Notes: generated from the letters alone by a model not told the origin. Shown: positions 40,597 through 54,265, numbered from the stretch's first letter. The stretch is 64,000 bases of DNA from Tubulanus polymorphus (GCF_964204645.1 NC_134031.1:9858001-9922000), one strand, 5' to 3'. Program-made: numbers and translations.

Positions 40597-41646
40597 TGAT
40601 CCGCAGCAAGATTTCGTAGTAGCTAAAAAATGTTTGTAATGTTGATTTTCTGTATCCGTTGGTGGTTATAAATGGGTGTCAGACAACAAACGATGTAGTA
40701 AGCAGGTTGTTGTTTGATGCTTTAATCTATCGGCGCTGTTCATAGATCAGCCTGGTGTAAAAATAATTCTTTCTCGGTTCTTCTGCTGCGATATCTGGCA
40801 AAAATTTTGAATCTTTTGTAAAACTTAAGAATAGTCGTAACCGTATTTGGTTGGGTCGGAACAATGAATTGTATTAATAATGTGGCTCGTGAAGGGATCT
40901 CGCTGTACCGTACCGTACTGTGATGAAAAAGAAGTTTTGAAAATATATCTAATTTGAGTAATCTGATTGTTATTTAAGAACAAAATGTTAATAATCGGTA
41001 AGTTTTAGGCAAATTAATTTGTATTAAATGTTAATACTAGCTCTCTAAAGTTTCTCTTGTTGTATACGTCTGTTGGTAATTCGCAAAGAATAGTTGTTCT
41101 TTCAACGATGATAAACATTCCTTCCGCGTCATGACAGGTTGGAAGGAAAAAGTTAGTTTAGCAAATCAGTTTTGAAAATAATTTTAAGATCAGCGAATCA
41201 TTAAGGCTAAATTCTACATGACCAAAACAGTCATGACAGTTAGGTTGCTGCTCCTTGCCAAAAGTCGGGTGGGAGAGTCGGCATTCTATGAATGCTGATC
41301 TTTCTATAAAAGGGGCTCGCAGTCTTGGGAGAGCAGACACTCGATAGATATTCGATAGAAACTCGATAGATACTTGATAGAAGCTTGTTTGGGACTTGAT
41401 TCAGGACGGGTTACCAGCAGGAGAGTACAATATGAACTTAGAGTTAGGAACTGGACTGTGTTTTAACTGGAAAGCTTACATTAATTATCAAGGTAAATAA
41501 AATTCGTTTTACTATTATTATATTCATTCAAATTTCCGGCATTCTAGTTTTTTCTTGGGTTTGTGCACGGACACATTCTCTCGCCAGGGACCGATCATCG
41601 CTTTTATTAAATAACGGCTAAGGAGAGGATTGTGACCGGTGTATCA
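40597..41646 (+). mobile_element. Gypsy-type solo LTR (1050 bp, TGAT...ATCA, 4-bp TSD GTAC)
   Basis: GTAC at 40593-40596 and 41647-41650; empty site AAAAGTACATAGG in the paralog at ~32680-32692; TATAAAAGGGG at ~41305 and AATAAA at ~41496. Confidence 0.88.
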
Positions 41647-42575
41647 GTACATAGGACTAAATGAAATGAACTGTTAGTCACTGCATACCTATTCCAGTGT
41701 TATGTCGATCGTGTTTAATCACTTTGATTGAGTGGAAAGAATCAGATCTTCTATGGTGCAACATCGGCCAAAGAGTGATATCTTGGTGTTGACTGTCCAT
41801 GGCCATCTAACTTCATGCGTTTGACATTGGAATCAGCATCATACCCACGTGAACTGCAAAATATTCACACAACTTGAAAACCTATAGTACATGTATACAG
41901 TAATCAAACTTTCACCGATTTTTGGATATTTGAATGAACGTTAGGCTTATTTCAGTATTCTAAAGCAGGAAATAATAAGCCCAATCAATAGGCCCTATTC
42001 CTATTGGTACAATTGTATAATGCGTACAGCTGTACCATACACTTATCAGTCACGATAAATCGGAGAAATCGGTATACCAAACCTATGTACAGCTAAATGT
42101 ACAGGCCTACAATGATCTCTGGTATACAAGCCGTGACCACATGAGCGTTTTTTTTTTATCTAGATTTGACTATTAATGTCATCAGGTCAGAGAAGGCCTG
42201 GTTAAATTTAATCACATGGCTAAAATCAATTAGTCTTTCTGCCTGTGAATACTTCAGTGTATTGTTTTAATAATATCGAGTGAATAGTGCATAGACTGAA
42301 TTAGACTTTGGGCTAGTCCTGATCAAATCCTATCCATTCATATCCTATCAAATCCTCACCCAAAGCCTATTCTTTCACGCATGCGCGTATGTAGATTATA
42401 GGAAGCAACGTACGGCGTTTGTAGGGAACTCACGTTAAAAAAAAATATGGAAAATATGTAAATAACAAAAATCAACATAATTACAAGAGGGTTTTTGACG
42501 AAAGTCAGAAAACACTAAAATAATAATAATCACGCGAATCTCAATAGGGTTTTCTGTGAAGAAACAGAAAACCCT

Positions 42576-43500
42576 AATGATGCTTTAATATCCTTTCTGT
42601 TGAAAATTTTGAATCATTTGTAAACACTTCATTACTTTATGATTTTGTATTCCTTATTGTATTATACAGATTTGAATCAACAAATATTATCCATTCAATG
42701 TTAAACCAGAACCCTCAAAATATCTTTCTTCAATATGTCGTTTAAACACATTTGATATCTTTTTCTAATTTCTCTTTTATTTGTGGTTTTGAAATTATCT
42801 CTTCAGAATATGTGTGAATAATATGCTCCATTTTTTCTTCTGACTTAATAAAACTTACTTTTCCTGAAATACTTACTTTTGAATATCCAACATCTGTCAC
42901 AAAATCCATTATTTTTTCCATTATTTCAATAAATTTACTATAATCTTCTATTGATGAGCCTTTATAAATCTAAATATAATAGCTGCAGGTCCAATTTTAC
43001 TATGGAATGTTCCTGAAATTTCAATTGTATCTTTTATTTCTAGTGAATCAATGTAATTTCTAACATTTTCCGTATAAGATTTATTTGAAATTTTTGTTTT
43101 CTTTATAGATTTTTTTTACTTGAGATTTATCATCAAAATATTATGTTCCTAAAATATTTTACTTAGATTTTCTTGATGTTTTTGTGATTTAAGATGTCTA
43201 ACGTAATTCCTTTTACTTATAAATTCAATACAATCATTATATTCAATTTCCTCTTTTTTATGTTTTCTAATTGTTCTTTTCTTTTATTTGAATTTTCTGG
43301 TGTCTCAAAAACATTTTTTTATGATTTGCCGTTTTTCATGTCAAGATTTTTGCAATTTGTCAATGTATTTTTTACAATATGGACAATAATATTTTTATTA
43401 ACATCATTCTTTTCTCTTTGGAACTCACTGTCTCCCCTTTTAAAGAAAAAAATTAAAAGTGGTGACGAGTCGACCCTCGACCTCTGATCTGAAAACGTCA
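42576..43500 (-). pseudogene. pPolB N-terminal (zinc-finger) fragment
   Basis: Paralog of 7840-8850 (GDSEFQ.EK.DVNK, NVRNYIDSLEIKDTIEI, KRHIEERYFEGSG). Confidence 0.85.
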
Positions 43501-44358
43501 TATTCTAATTATTCGTATTCCCGCACACCCGCACAGTACATACATAGAATCTGCATAGAATCTGCATAATCTGCATATACATGATAGACTGTTATTCCTA
43601 TCAGAATTCAACATCTCGTTAAGAAGCTGTTGGTAGTCGAATCTGATTGAAGGTCAATTCTATGTTCGAAAAAAACGGAAAATAAATATAGCTGCAAACC
43701 AGCGATTATAGGTTTTCCACGAAGCTGCGCCGTATAATTCAGAATGAAGGGAATTGTAGAAATTAGAATTATGTACATATATAGCACTGACAGATTCGAA
43801 ACTTATACGCCACTACTGTAAACGTGCTGTGTAATTTGAAACCGAACTCATCCGTGACGTACAATCAATAAATACAAATTGATTCCTGCGAGGGCATCCC
43901 CCGAGTAATCATGTACAACTATTATTATATCTCTGTTATGTTTCATACATTTGGAAAATATATACATTCAAACTATTTCCAACAAAAATCGGGACAATCA
44001 ATATTTATCCCTTAAGCGATTGTCTGTCTTTTGCCGCTCCGACTGACGCAGGGTTTTCTATAGGTAAGACATTAAAAGAAACGACATTGAATAACTGGTT
44101 TTGCAACCGCCCGGGTTTCTTTCATTTATTTAGTAAAAATCATCTGACTCCCCAGCGAGTTTGTATTTCTTATTTTTGCTTGTTGATGTGACCTAGTTTT
44201 TTCGTTGATTTTAAAGACACCCCAGTCGGCATAACGAGAGGGTATCTTTTTCAGCCTTATATTAACAGGTACGCCATGGTATATGACTATTCCTACACAC
44301 TGCTAAATGCATGATTTATCATGGTTCAAAGACAGATTACCCTCGTTCATAATTACAG

Positions 44359-44496
44359 GAACAGAAGAGCATTGGCCGTATTTGCTAGCAATAACAGGCG
44401 TGCCTTGTTTGTTTTCACTGATCTCGCTTCCATTTTTCCCGGGCAGTCCGCGTTATTTGTTGGTCACTAAAAAGGATCGCCCTGCGGCAGAAAAAG
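44359..44496 (+). CDS. SLC2A: SLC2A exon (TM6 and loop)
   Basis: ttacag|GTEEHWPYLLAITGVPCLFSLISLPFFPGSPRYLLVTKKDRPAAEK|gt; phase 1 matches both neighbours. Confidence 0.93.
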
Positions 44497-45029
44497 GTAT
44501 AAACTTTGCATAAATATCAACGTAGTCTCAAATATTTGTGACTACTTCAAAATGCATCACAATGGAACCGATTCTCATATACTGCAGTGCCTCTCGTCAA
44601 AAACTGATAAATGAACAAATAAACATATTGAATTGACATCATTCAATGATTACTTCGAGTTCGAAACATGTTTAATGTGCCGTAAATTCCCCATTAACGA
44701 CCCAGTCTGAGGAATTATGTTGGGCTTTAAAAATCAGCTTTCGAAATAGTTTTCTATTGAGTTTAAAAATCGTTTTATTTTTCTATCCATTTCGATTGAG
44801 TATATTCGATACATCTATGAACTTTTTTTTAATATCATTTTTTGAGATGAGAGGAACTTCCGTATTCTGTAATGAACAATATAATCATTTTCATAATTTT
44901 GTGTTGATATTAACGTTTCAGTAAGTACACGATCGTTTGGTTTCATTTTTTTCTGATATACACTCGAATAACTCTCTTCGACGGTTCTATGTCATGGTAG
45001 ATTTTAGATTTAATTTCTTTTTTTTTATT

Positions 45030-45230
45030 TTTAATAATAATAATAATAATTTATTGAGCCTAAAATCCATATAAAATATGCTCATTGGCTTTACAATATA
45101 AAGACACAATTTAAACATAAAGATAGAAAAAACAATTTACATCATTAGTTAAAAGCTTAAGTGAACAAATGGGTTTTAAGTTGCGATTTAAAAACATTAA
45201 GTTGTGTATACAATTTTAATAAAATTCACA
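45030..45230 (-). mobile_element. L2/CR1-group LINE 3' end with (TTA)n tail
   Basis: QLNVFKSQLKTHLF followed by TTGTAAAGCC...AATAAATTATTATT. Confidence 0.65.
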
Positions 45231-45429
45231 TTCGTAACGAGATGACATTACAGTAAGTTAGATGTTATTTCATCAGGATATTCTAAATCAACTACATGAA
45301 AATAACTGTCGGGAGTATCATATTTAATACTCATAACTGCACTATTCGCAATCGGTTTTGTCACCATCTTCAACTTCTGTTAATATGAAATTTTTATATG
45401 GCTGAGGTTGCTTCATTGCCCAACCCTAT

Positions 45430-45915
45430 AAATATTTAGCATCTATAAACAACAACTTACATTCATCATTTGCTTTGAAATATCTATCTGAATTAACCCA
45501 TTACACCATTTATTCCACCTCGAAACGATGATTCAAATAATAATACAATATCTGGTTCATTTAGTAGATTTAACTCTACTTCGATATATTTTAAACCACA
45601 TCGCCATGTTAAGCCGGGACTAGAATAACAATAACATGGATATACTCAATTCCAAAATGTTTTATGTTAACATTTCAAATTTTTTTCCGAATATTCCTGG
45701 TGATATTATTGCAATTGATTTTAGATATAAATCTACTAATTCACTATGATTTTTTCCCCAAAAATATTCCAAATATTTAATTTTCTTTTAAAAACTTCAT
45801 CTTTTACATCTTCATCTTTTAATTGATCATACATCAATTGTCCTTTTAATAATTCTGTTATTCTATTTAAATCACCATTCGTTTTATAAAACGAATAAGG
45901 AATTGCGCCTTTATA
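45430..45915 (-). pseudogene. pPolB fragment
   Basis: KGAIPYSFY, ELVDLYLKS, PCYCYSSPGLTWRCGLKY, EPDIVLLFE...RGGI. Confidence 0.8.
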
Positions 45916-46029
45916 CTTTTATCTCTGAGAGTGATACACTTGGTCATGAAAAGTCTCGGGAAGGCTGTTGGGTCTGTCAATCTTTTTGAACTATCACCGA
46001 CTCTATTAGGCCATCTCACTCTAAAGTTT

Positions 46030-49000
46030 GAAATGTAATGTAATGTTTATTTCATCAATAAAGAACATTTTACAATTATGTACATTCAAAATACATATTA
46101 TATAATACTGTATTGATAGGTTGCCACCCCGAGTCAAAAAAAAGACTGTAACCCTAAGAGGTGGGATGACACCTGGAAAAAAAAAAGTGATAATAATTGA
46201 AATGGAATGATGGTTTAATTCTTTATACATGAGTATTACAAAGTTCAGTTCATAGGTTCCGAGGATTTGAGTTAAGATTTTAATAATTTTCTAGGCAGGA
46301 TGTTTTATATCTACGCGTAAGGGTATGTATTGACGGTGATGTGCGAGTAAGATTTGGGATATTTTGCGTAATTAAGAGTATTATTTGCGTAATTAAGAAT
46401 TATTATTTATGAATGTTTTATGAGTAGCCCTACGTGGGTAATTTCTATTTCTGGTATTATACTGATGGTTAAAGGCGTTTGTTTGGAAGATATTTTTTAG
46501 TTGTTTAGGAATTGATTGTATTGTTTTGTTAATACATGTACGCAAATTTAAGCATTTCAAGTTTTATGAAATCGTCTAGTTTTAGGATATCGTATTTTAT
46601 AAAAATTGGCGCTGTATGTGCGTTTTATTCTTTAATATTAATTGGTCTTACTGCGTTTTTGTAATCTTGATAATACTGCTAATTGCTTTTTAGGTGCACT
46701 AAGCCCCCGTATCCCTAGAATGTAACTTAAGTGATTATGTATGTAATTGAAATACAGCAATTTCTTAGCCCAGGATGGTATTAGCTTTTTTACACATCTT
46801 AACATATACATGTTTTTGTTTATCTTATTAATCAATTGTTTGATGTGATCATTCCAGTTTAGGGGCTTGTCAATGGTTAAGCCTAAGAATCTAAAACTAC
46901 TCACAACTTTATTTAACCCTAAGAAGCCTAAACTATGAAGCCAGCATCTTAAAATTATGTCACTCATATTTCTATATTCAGTAAGGTGTCATTTGAAGAG
47001 AAATGTCTTAAAAATTGACTGGGCCAAATTTCCCCCAAAATTAGGTCCTGTAGCAGATCTGATACAACCGTTTTTACTTGACAAAAATCAAATAAAAATT
47101 TTCAGATTCAAATAAAGTTTTTCTTCATTAAGTACTTTAATTGGATACAGGATTTTCACTTGTGATACGCTAAAAAGCAATTTCGTAGTGTGACCGAAAA
47201 CGTTTGACTTTATCTTATGATCATTCAAGCAGACAGAAAGTTACCATTTTTGGATTTAGTTCACAAATTACTAGATAGAGGGAAGCACTTATCTGTATCA
47301 GGAATGATACAACCGGTCTTTGAGGCGCCTTTTTGAATATAATTCATACATATGTGATTTTGCTGAAGAAATAATTCTTTTGGCAAAATGGACGTATCAT
47401 ATATAATACTTGTGGTATCTTAGGGTTAATAATAATACTTAATATTTTGGCCAATAAAACTCAAGTCCAGATCATTATTATATCTTTTTGGATCCTTTTG
47501 GTTTAAAAAATATCGCAGCTGTTTTAGAAATATTTAATGTGAGTTTGTTAGCCCTAAACCAGTCCATTAAATGTTCAAATCGCTCTGTATATAGCTGTTC
47601 ATATCTTTTAAGTTGGGACCAGAGATATAAATAGTAGTGTCATTCGCAAACATGATCGCTTTCATATGTTCTAATTTGTTGGGAAAATCATTACTATATA
47701 ATAAAAATAACAATCCTCCTTGTACAGAGCCTTGAGGTACGCCATATTCAAGTAACGTCTGGATTTGCAATTGTTAAAATTTACATGAATATTTCTATCA
47801 GTTGAGTAGCTTCTGAACCAATAAAGTGCTTTTCCACGTGTTCGGTAGTGTGATAATTTGCTGAGAAGTATAGATATATCTAGCGAATCGAATGCTTTTG
47901 ATAGGTCCATGTAAATTCATATAGTAAGATGTTTTTTATCCATTGCCTTGTGAATGTTTGTAGTGAAATCCATATGAGCTTTATATGTTGAAAGACCTTC
48001 TCTAAATCCGTATTGATTGTCATAAATTAAATCAAATTTAGTAAGATATTTACACAGACGCTTATACATTATTTTTTCTAGGATCTTTGATCGTACTGGC
48101 AAAAGTGAAATTGGTCTATAGATAGATAATAGGTTCTTCTCTTTACATATTGGTAAAACCTCAGCTAATTTTGAACTGGAGGGGCATTCCCCTTCTACAA
48201 TCGATTTTTTTACTATAATACTAAAGTGGCTTGGATATTTCATGCTTGATATTTTTTAGAATCTTATTTGATATATCGTCGTATCCAGAGCTGTTTTTAT
48301 GGTTATATATCATTTATCAAGATGGACACTTCGTTTTCGTCAGTTGGGTGTATAAAAAGGATCGTGGTTTATTTTTCCTAAATATTTATCAAATTTCAGT
48401 TTTATTTGAATTGGTATTTTATTGGCAAATTGCTTCCAAACTGTACTGAATTATTTACAAAAGGAATTACTTATTCGTTCTGGATCAGTTACTCGTTTAC
48501 CATTTAGATTAAAATTATCAATAATTCCTGATTTATCATTTAATCTATTCATAGTTGTTTTAAGTAGTTCCTACAGTTTCTTAGAATTATGTTCAAAACT
48601 AATCATTTTGTTTGTTAGGTAATTCCGTTTTGCTATTCTTTTTATGTAATTGAATCTATTCGCGTGGGTTTAAAAATAGTTGGGTACATGTTATTGTTTA
48701 GGTTGATATCTAGAAATTTAGAAGTGTTGTTATGTTGGTTCACTTTACTTAAGTCAACATTTTGATCCATCCCAACAATGATGGATTTCTTTTCATTCAA
48801 TATTTTTTCAAGTAACGTGTTATATTCGAGTAAGAAATCATTTTCGTTAGTGTTGGGAATGCAATAAATTTCACCGACAATAGCATTTTCACTTAGTATT
48901 TCTATAAAGCATGATCCAAATTTTCCTTTATGGAAATTTAAATTGCAACTCCTCTTGTAGCATTGTACTTCGATGTTTTTCGTTTAATGTATAGCCACTC

Positions 49001-49230
49001 GAATAAGTCTACGTTTCTTCCTGTTACAATGGTTTCACAAAGTAGAATTATGTCAGGTGTGGAATGTTGACTTTTACATCGCTCTATTGATAGTTTGTCA
49101 AATTTACTTTGTAGACCTTGAATATTCAATCGTACAACATTTAATTTACTACTGAAAGTTTTAATTTTGCTCAGCTCATCAATTTCAGTATATGGGCTAT
49201 CGTAATCACTCAGTCTTAGATCTGGATCAA
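46030..49230 (-). mobile_element. CR1/L2-group non-LTR retrotransposon ORF2 (APE + RT), degraded
   Basis: LNIQGLQSKF...DIILLCET (endonuclease), YRPISLLP, NQYGFR, MDLSKAFDSL, GVPQGS, FANDTT, FRFLGLTIDKPLNW; (CATTA)n tail at ~46030. Confidence 0.92.
46917..47425. mobile_element. piggyBac-like MITE inserted in the LINE
   Basis: TTAA|CCCTAAGA...TCTTAGGG|TTAA. Confidence 0.8.
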
Positions 49231-49801
49231 TTATAGAGTTTAAGTTTTTTTTCGTACCGTACTGTCAATGTTACCTGACTGACACAAACCTCATAAGTTA
49301 ATATAGACACTGCCATAGTAGCTTTGATATATAGTGTTATGAGATGAATATGGGATTTAAATAGTTTCATAAGATATATAAGAATTCTATACAAGAGCAG
49401 GTTGGTTACCATGTGTAGTAATAGCAATGGTAACTATCTATATCCCCCAATTTATTATCTATTGTTTTCTGAAAGGGGTTTTCTATCTTCCATCTATTAT
49501 AGGGGGAAAATTACTCAAAAGAGTCGGCAGGGCCCGACCTCTGATTCCATAACGCCATATTGCAATTACTAACCTCAAGGGCGTTATATGTATTCTAAAG
49601 CTCAACATCATTCTATGAACGGGGTGCAGTGGTTTAAATTTTTATAATCTACGACATAGCAGACATGTTTCAAACGAAGTTTTAAACACATTTCAGAACA
49701 TAAGGACAGAATTTAGTTCCATTCTGAGGAAGATTAAAAACAGTTTAGACTTCGTTCATCTTCATCCAATAATTTCATAAAACATTCATCTTGCTTTAAA
49801 G

Positions 49802-49992
49802 CACTGAAGTTTTTTCGTGGGCCTCAACACGATGTCACAACAGATATTCAAGAGATGGAGCTAGAAGCGCATCAGATGGAACAAGAACCTCCATGGACAT
49901 TCTCGCACTTGTTCGCGACAAAAGAGTTAAGATTACAACTAGTGCTCGTTAGTTGTCTTGCTTTAGCTCAACAGTTGTCAGGTATTAACGTG
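49802..49992 (+). CDS. SLC2A: SLC2A exon (intracellular helices, TM7)
   Basis: aag|ALKFFRG...DIQEM...LRLQLVLVSCLALAQQLSGINV|gtgcgt. Confidence 0.93.
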
Positions 49993-50132
49993 GTGCGTAC
50001 CTTTTTTCCGTGAATGTGGAGTTAATATTAATTACAATGGAAGTGTCAAGCGTCGAACTTATTCTTTAGTTGTTTCTACTGTCGAAAACCACAATTTTGT
50101 CACTAAAAAACGATTTGTATTGATATTTTTAG

Positions 50133-50243
50133 GTATTCTATTACTCAACTGGTGTTTTTCGAGACGCTCAGATACCGGATGAATACACGCAGTATGCGAC
50201 GTTATCGACAGGTTTCATCAATGTTCTCATGACAGGAATTTCG
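50133..50243 (+). CDS. SLC2A: SLC2A exon (TM7-TM8)
   Basis: tttag|VFYYSTGVFRDAQIPDEYTQYATLSTGFINVLMTGIS|gt. Confidence 0.93.
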
Positions 50244-50365
50244 GTGTGTTGAAACTGATCTTATTGAAACTGATCTTATCACACTTACATCGAATCTGGC
50301 TGGGGGTGTCGATTCAGATTGGCGCATGGCATCTCAACTTGTTGAAATATTGAATGCAATTTCAG

Positions 50366-50543
50366 GTGCCGCTAATGGAAAAGAGTGGTAGACGTCCCCT
50401 CCTACTATCCGGGATGGTATTGATGATTATGTCAGCTAGTGTTATAGTACTTTGTCTCGGTTTACAGCACATAGCCACCTGGTTATCCTATCTAACTATC
50501 CTCTGTATGATACTCTTTGTAATCGGTTTTGCAATTGGCCTGG
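50366..50543 (+). CDS. SLC2A: SLC2A exon (TM9-TM10)
   Basis: ttcag|VPLMEKSGRRPLLL...LFVIGFAIGLG|gtgagt. Confidence 0.95.
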
Positions 50544-50948
50544 GTGAGTAGTTCATCTGCCATTTATAGATAATTCATGTTTATTTAGTAATTAACAGAC
50601 GTTTGAAAGAGAAAAATAAAAGTGAACCTCTTTTGAAATTACCATAATTCAATCGTTATCCACAAGCTATCATTTCGTGTTTCATCTCGAGAGAAATTTG
50701 AGTTTGGGAGGTATTTGACCGAAAGGCTTTACTTACATTTCTTTGGTCGTCCTAAGGCGACCCTAATTACTCAAAATTGCGCATTTCTTTGATGAATCTG
50801 CGTAATTGTTTTACATACTTAGGAGAGTTACATCCCACTGCGAGGAAATGAGATTTAATTAATTGATTTAATCAAACACTGCGTTATTTTAAATATGAAT
50901 TTTCGAATTCATTCGACGATGATAATCTGTATAAACGTTCCATTTCAG

Positions 50949-51076
50949 GATCCATACCCCAGTTTATAGGCGCGGAGTTATTCAAACAGGGACCACGACC
51001 CCCTGCAATGTCTTTCGCCGGTATGTTGAACTGGTTAGCAAATTTTTTGGTAGCGATGCTATTTCCCATAATGCAG
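50949..51076 (+). CDS. SLC2A: SLC2A exon (TM10-TM11)
   Basis: ttcag|[42 protein letters not shown]|gttagt. Confidence 0.95.
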
Positions 51077-51339
51077 GTTAGTCGTATGCATATCTCTGAT
51101 CATTCCTCTAAATATAATCAGCAATACAAGATGTAATGGACATTTGTGAATTATATCGGTTTCTTGCGCCAGAGCTCTTTTGAAAAATTTAATTTCACAT
51201 TTCTTTTGCTTTTCTGACTTCGGACTTACGACTTCAACTACTGATGTGAAAATGCATTGACATCAACAACTAATCCAACAAGAGGACCGTAAGGCCCATA
51301 TGAATAGGGATATGATATAAAGGATAATAAGGATATGAA

Positions 51340-51720
51340 GTGTTAAAACTATCTGTAATTCGTAGATTTTCAGGATTAGAGATTAATGAAAACCTTACCT
51401 GGGAGCCACATGTTAATAACTAATCAACAAATCAAATGAAAACCTCTATCTACTAACGAGTGTAAAGAATATTCTACATAGTTGTCGTAAAAACTTATTT
51501 ACGATAGGTATAAACATAGTGCTCTTGTGTATACCCGTACTGTTTGGGGACCTATCCTAACAGTCAAGCAATCTGACTCTATTTCAAAATTAAAACGAAA
51601 TGTGTTAGACTAATCAATAATTTAGCCTATAATGCACCAACAGGGCCAATATTTAATAAATATAGTATATTGTAAATTCCAATGCTAATTAGCCATATGC
51701 TTGCAAATTGAATTATATCT
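51340..51720 (+). mobile_element. LINE RT C-terminal fragment
   Basis: GLEINENLTWEPHV...NLYLL..VK...VWG; similar to 46640-46900. Confidence 0.7.
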
Positions 51721-52516
51721 TATCGAGCTCGAAACATCAAATTCAATTCAATCTTATTCAAATTAAAACAAATCTAATTTTATTTTATTCAGCAAAAACA
51801 TCAAATCTCATTTAATTTTTGTTTGTATAGATTTTTCGAAAATCATTGAAAGGAAAAAATAATTTATATAAAGCATTTGTTACTTAAAAGAATCACAATT
51901 GAACTGTGTTAATTAAAACAGGAGCTCGAGAGCACGACCTTCCGTCCTCTAATTAAGGGATGATCAAGCTAACCATAACAGAGCCGGCAGTTATAAAAGT
52001 GAAGTGTTAACAAATTGTTATTGATTAGGCAAAACATAGAACCTCATTTAATTTAAGCCGTAGGACACTTTGTTTTCAAAGCGATTAATATGTACTGTGT
52101 GCCCAAGTCAATTTTCCACATCCAACAACATTATATCTCACTAATTTGTCTATATTGGTATGAATCCCGGCTTTTAAGATCATTGATCTCTTGTTCCATA
52201 TTTATAATATCAAATGTCACTCAAATGTACGACAGTCATTGGGGAAACGTAGAGTAAGCGATACGCCAGAGCTTTGAAATTCAATTATTCCTGATGTATC
52301 ATTTGCCATAATTAAAAAAACCAAACTATTGAATAAAACAATGCTTATGAAACTCACTGAAAAGTTCAGTTGCCCTATATTCAAACCGAGTTAGACAAAT
52401 AACTTAAACTCCTTGTCAATTCAAAATGAAACGTGTGGAGCTAGGCCCAATTACACGTGTTTTCTCCTTCACCAAATATTTCTTCACCTTATTCATCGCT
52501 TTATGTGTATTTTCAG

Positions 52517-52735
52517 TCGGCAATGATGCAGTATGTGTTTTTAGTTTTCATTGCAATCACTGTATTGTTCGTGATTTGTGTCTGGCAACTCCTTCCCGAG
52601 ACAAAAAACAAGAGTTACGATGAAATATACAAAGAATTCCATACACCATATTCCAAGGAAAAGGACAACGCCGAACGTACAATGGTAGATATGATTGATA
52701 GTCATTTTTATCTAATGCTTGCTTTATATGATTGA
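52517..52735 (+). CDS. SLC2A: SLC2A exon (TM12, PETK, C-tail); 3' end uncertain (possible donor at ~52685)
   Basis: ttcag|SAMMQYVFLVF...LLPETKNKSYDEI. Confidence 0.88.
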   Translation, partial: SAMMQYVFLVFIAITVLFVICVWQLLPETKNKSYDEIYKEFHTPYSKEKDNAERTMVDMIDSHFYLMLALYD

Positions 52736-53069
52736 TCATTATACCTATATAAGCACAGCTCGGAGGCTACAATTCCATTTGGTTAAGTATCCTCAATGCC
52801 AATCAAAGTGTCGATTTTATTTTAATGAGTACCCAATTCAACAGGTGACTCTACTGTACCAGGACACTTTCAAATAATAGGCATTAAGAAAAACAAATAA
52901 AGCATTAAGCCTTCTCACTTTTAAGATGCAGCTAATCAACACAACAAAACTAGAAAGAATCTTTCCATAAGGTCGAAGACACTGAGAGACAGTTACGAAC
53001 TCTTTCGTCCAGACCACTTCCACGCGAGAACAAAACTTGTACGCCGATACGAGGTCGTAGTCTACGTTC

Positions 53070-53145
<76 letters not shown>

Positions 53146-53406
53146 GTGCTTATATAGCGCCTTTCCAATGAATGCTCAAAGCGCTGTCACTCAATTATTA
53201 CCCAGCTTCTGTTACCAATCCAGTACATTCTTACTCTCCCTGGGAAGATGCAACACCGATACGCTGCAGAGCGATCAAGGCGTCGTCAGCCAGTAGCAAT
53301 TGTGAATTAATGCCTTGCCTAAGGACACTACAGCACAGCCGGGGTTCGAACACACAACCTCCCGATTGGGGGGGGCGAGCACTCTACCACTAAGCCACAC
53401 TGCTCC
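53070..53406 (-). mobile_element. tRNA-derived SINE with L2-like tail and (TTA)n
   Basis: A box TGGCTTAGTGG, B box GTTCGAACCCC, core GTGTCCTTAGGCAAGGCA, tail AGCGCTTTGAG...GCGCTATATAAG; (TAA)n at 53070-53145. Confidence 0.88.
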
Positions 53407-53815
53407 ACACTCAAGCCACAATCATCCCAGTTGCCGGGCCAAACTTTGAAGTGAGGATCAGAAAACTGTATTAGTGACGTGAAACATGATGAACCGGTTT
53501 TCCAGGTATATAGAGGTCAGAAACTGACGATCTGCGCGAACCAGTTACGCGATGATTAGTTGCGCGAGTTGTTACATCGCGCAGCTAAGATATTTTCATG
53601 ATCAGTTGCGCGATAAAGGTCAGAAACTGACGATCTGTGCGAACCAGATACGTGATCGCGTAATTCAATTTAATATATCTTTATTGTCCTTTGAGTAATA
53701 TAAAATACAAGTCAGGTTTTTTAACAATAAAGATGAGAAAAGGATAAAATACAGAATTTCCAGGAAATTACAATAAAACCGCAGTTACAAAATATGGATA
53801 AACATCAACATTATT

Positions 53816-53971
53816 AGAGTAATTGTATAAATGGGGGTTCATACCAGAGGTCGAGTGGTCGAGCTCGTAAAAGATATGAAATAAATTCTCGCACGCTCGA
53901 ATTTATTTTTCATTTTTTACTCACTCAATTTCTCTACCTCTGATATGAACCCCCATTTATACAATTACTCT
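53816..53971 (+). repeat. Polinton left terminus (hairpin)
   Basis: AGAGTAATTGTATAAATGGGGGTTCAT...ATGAACCCCCATTTATACAATTACTCT, followed by ATAAATGAAT repeats and the MEANKKYYCPTC ORF as in the mini element. Confidence 0.85.
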
Positions 53972-54265
53972 TATAATTCCATATATATATGAATAATACA
54001 TAAATGAATATCATATAAATGAATGGTCATATAAATGAATATAATTTACAAGTCTCAACACGCATCGTTTATTATTGATTTTCGGTGTAAATTGAAAGGT
54101 TTTACCACATTGCGAAACTCCTCATGTAACAGCTGGTAATGCACAATAAGATGAAATAACATTTGAATAGTATAAATACACAACTGTTTCTATTGCATCA
54201 TACGTGATGTAGGTGCGTTGAGGTTAGTGTCGTGTTCAATTTTAATAAATAATTTTGTATAATAA

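Noticed and set aside
53330-53406. tRNA gene
   Set aside because: The A/B boxes are the head of a SINE with core and tail; no convincing cloverleaf.
53514-53660. ~40-bp direct repeat AGGTCAGAAACTGACGATCTG as a regulatory site
   Set aside because: Only two copies; probably a remnant of an unresolved repeat with no other support.
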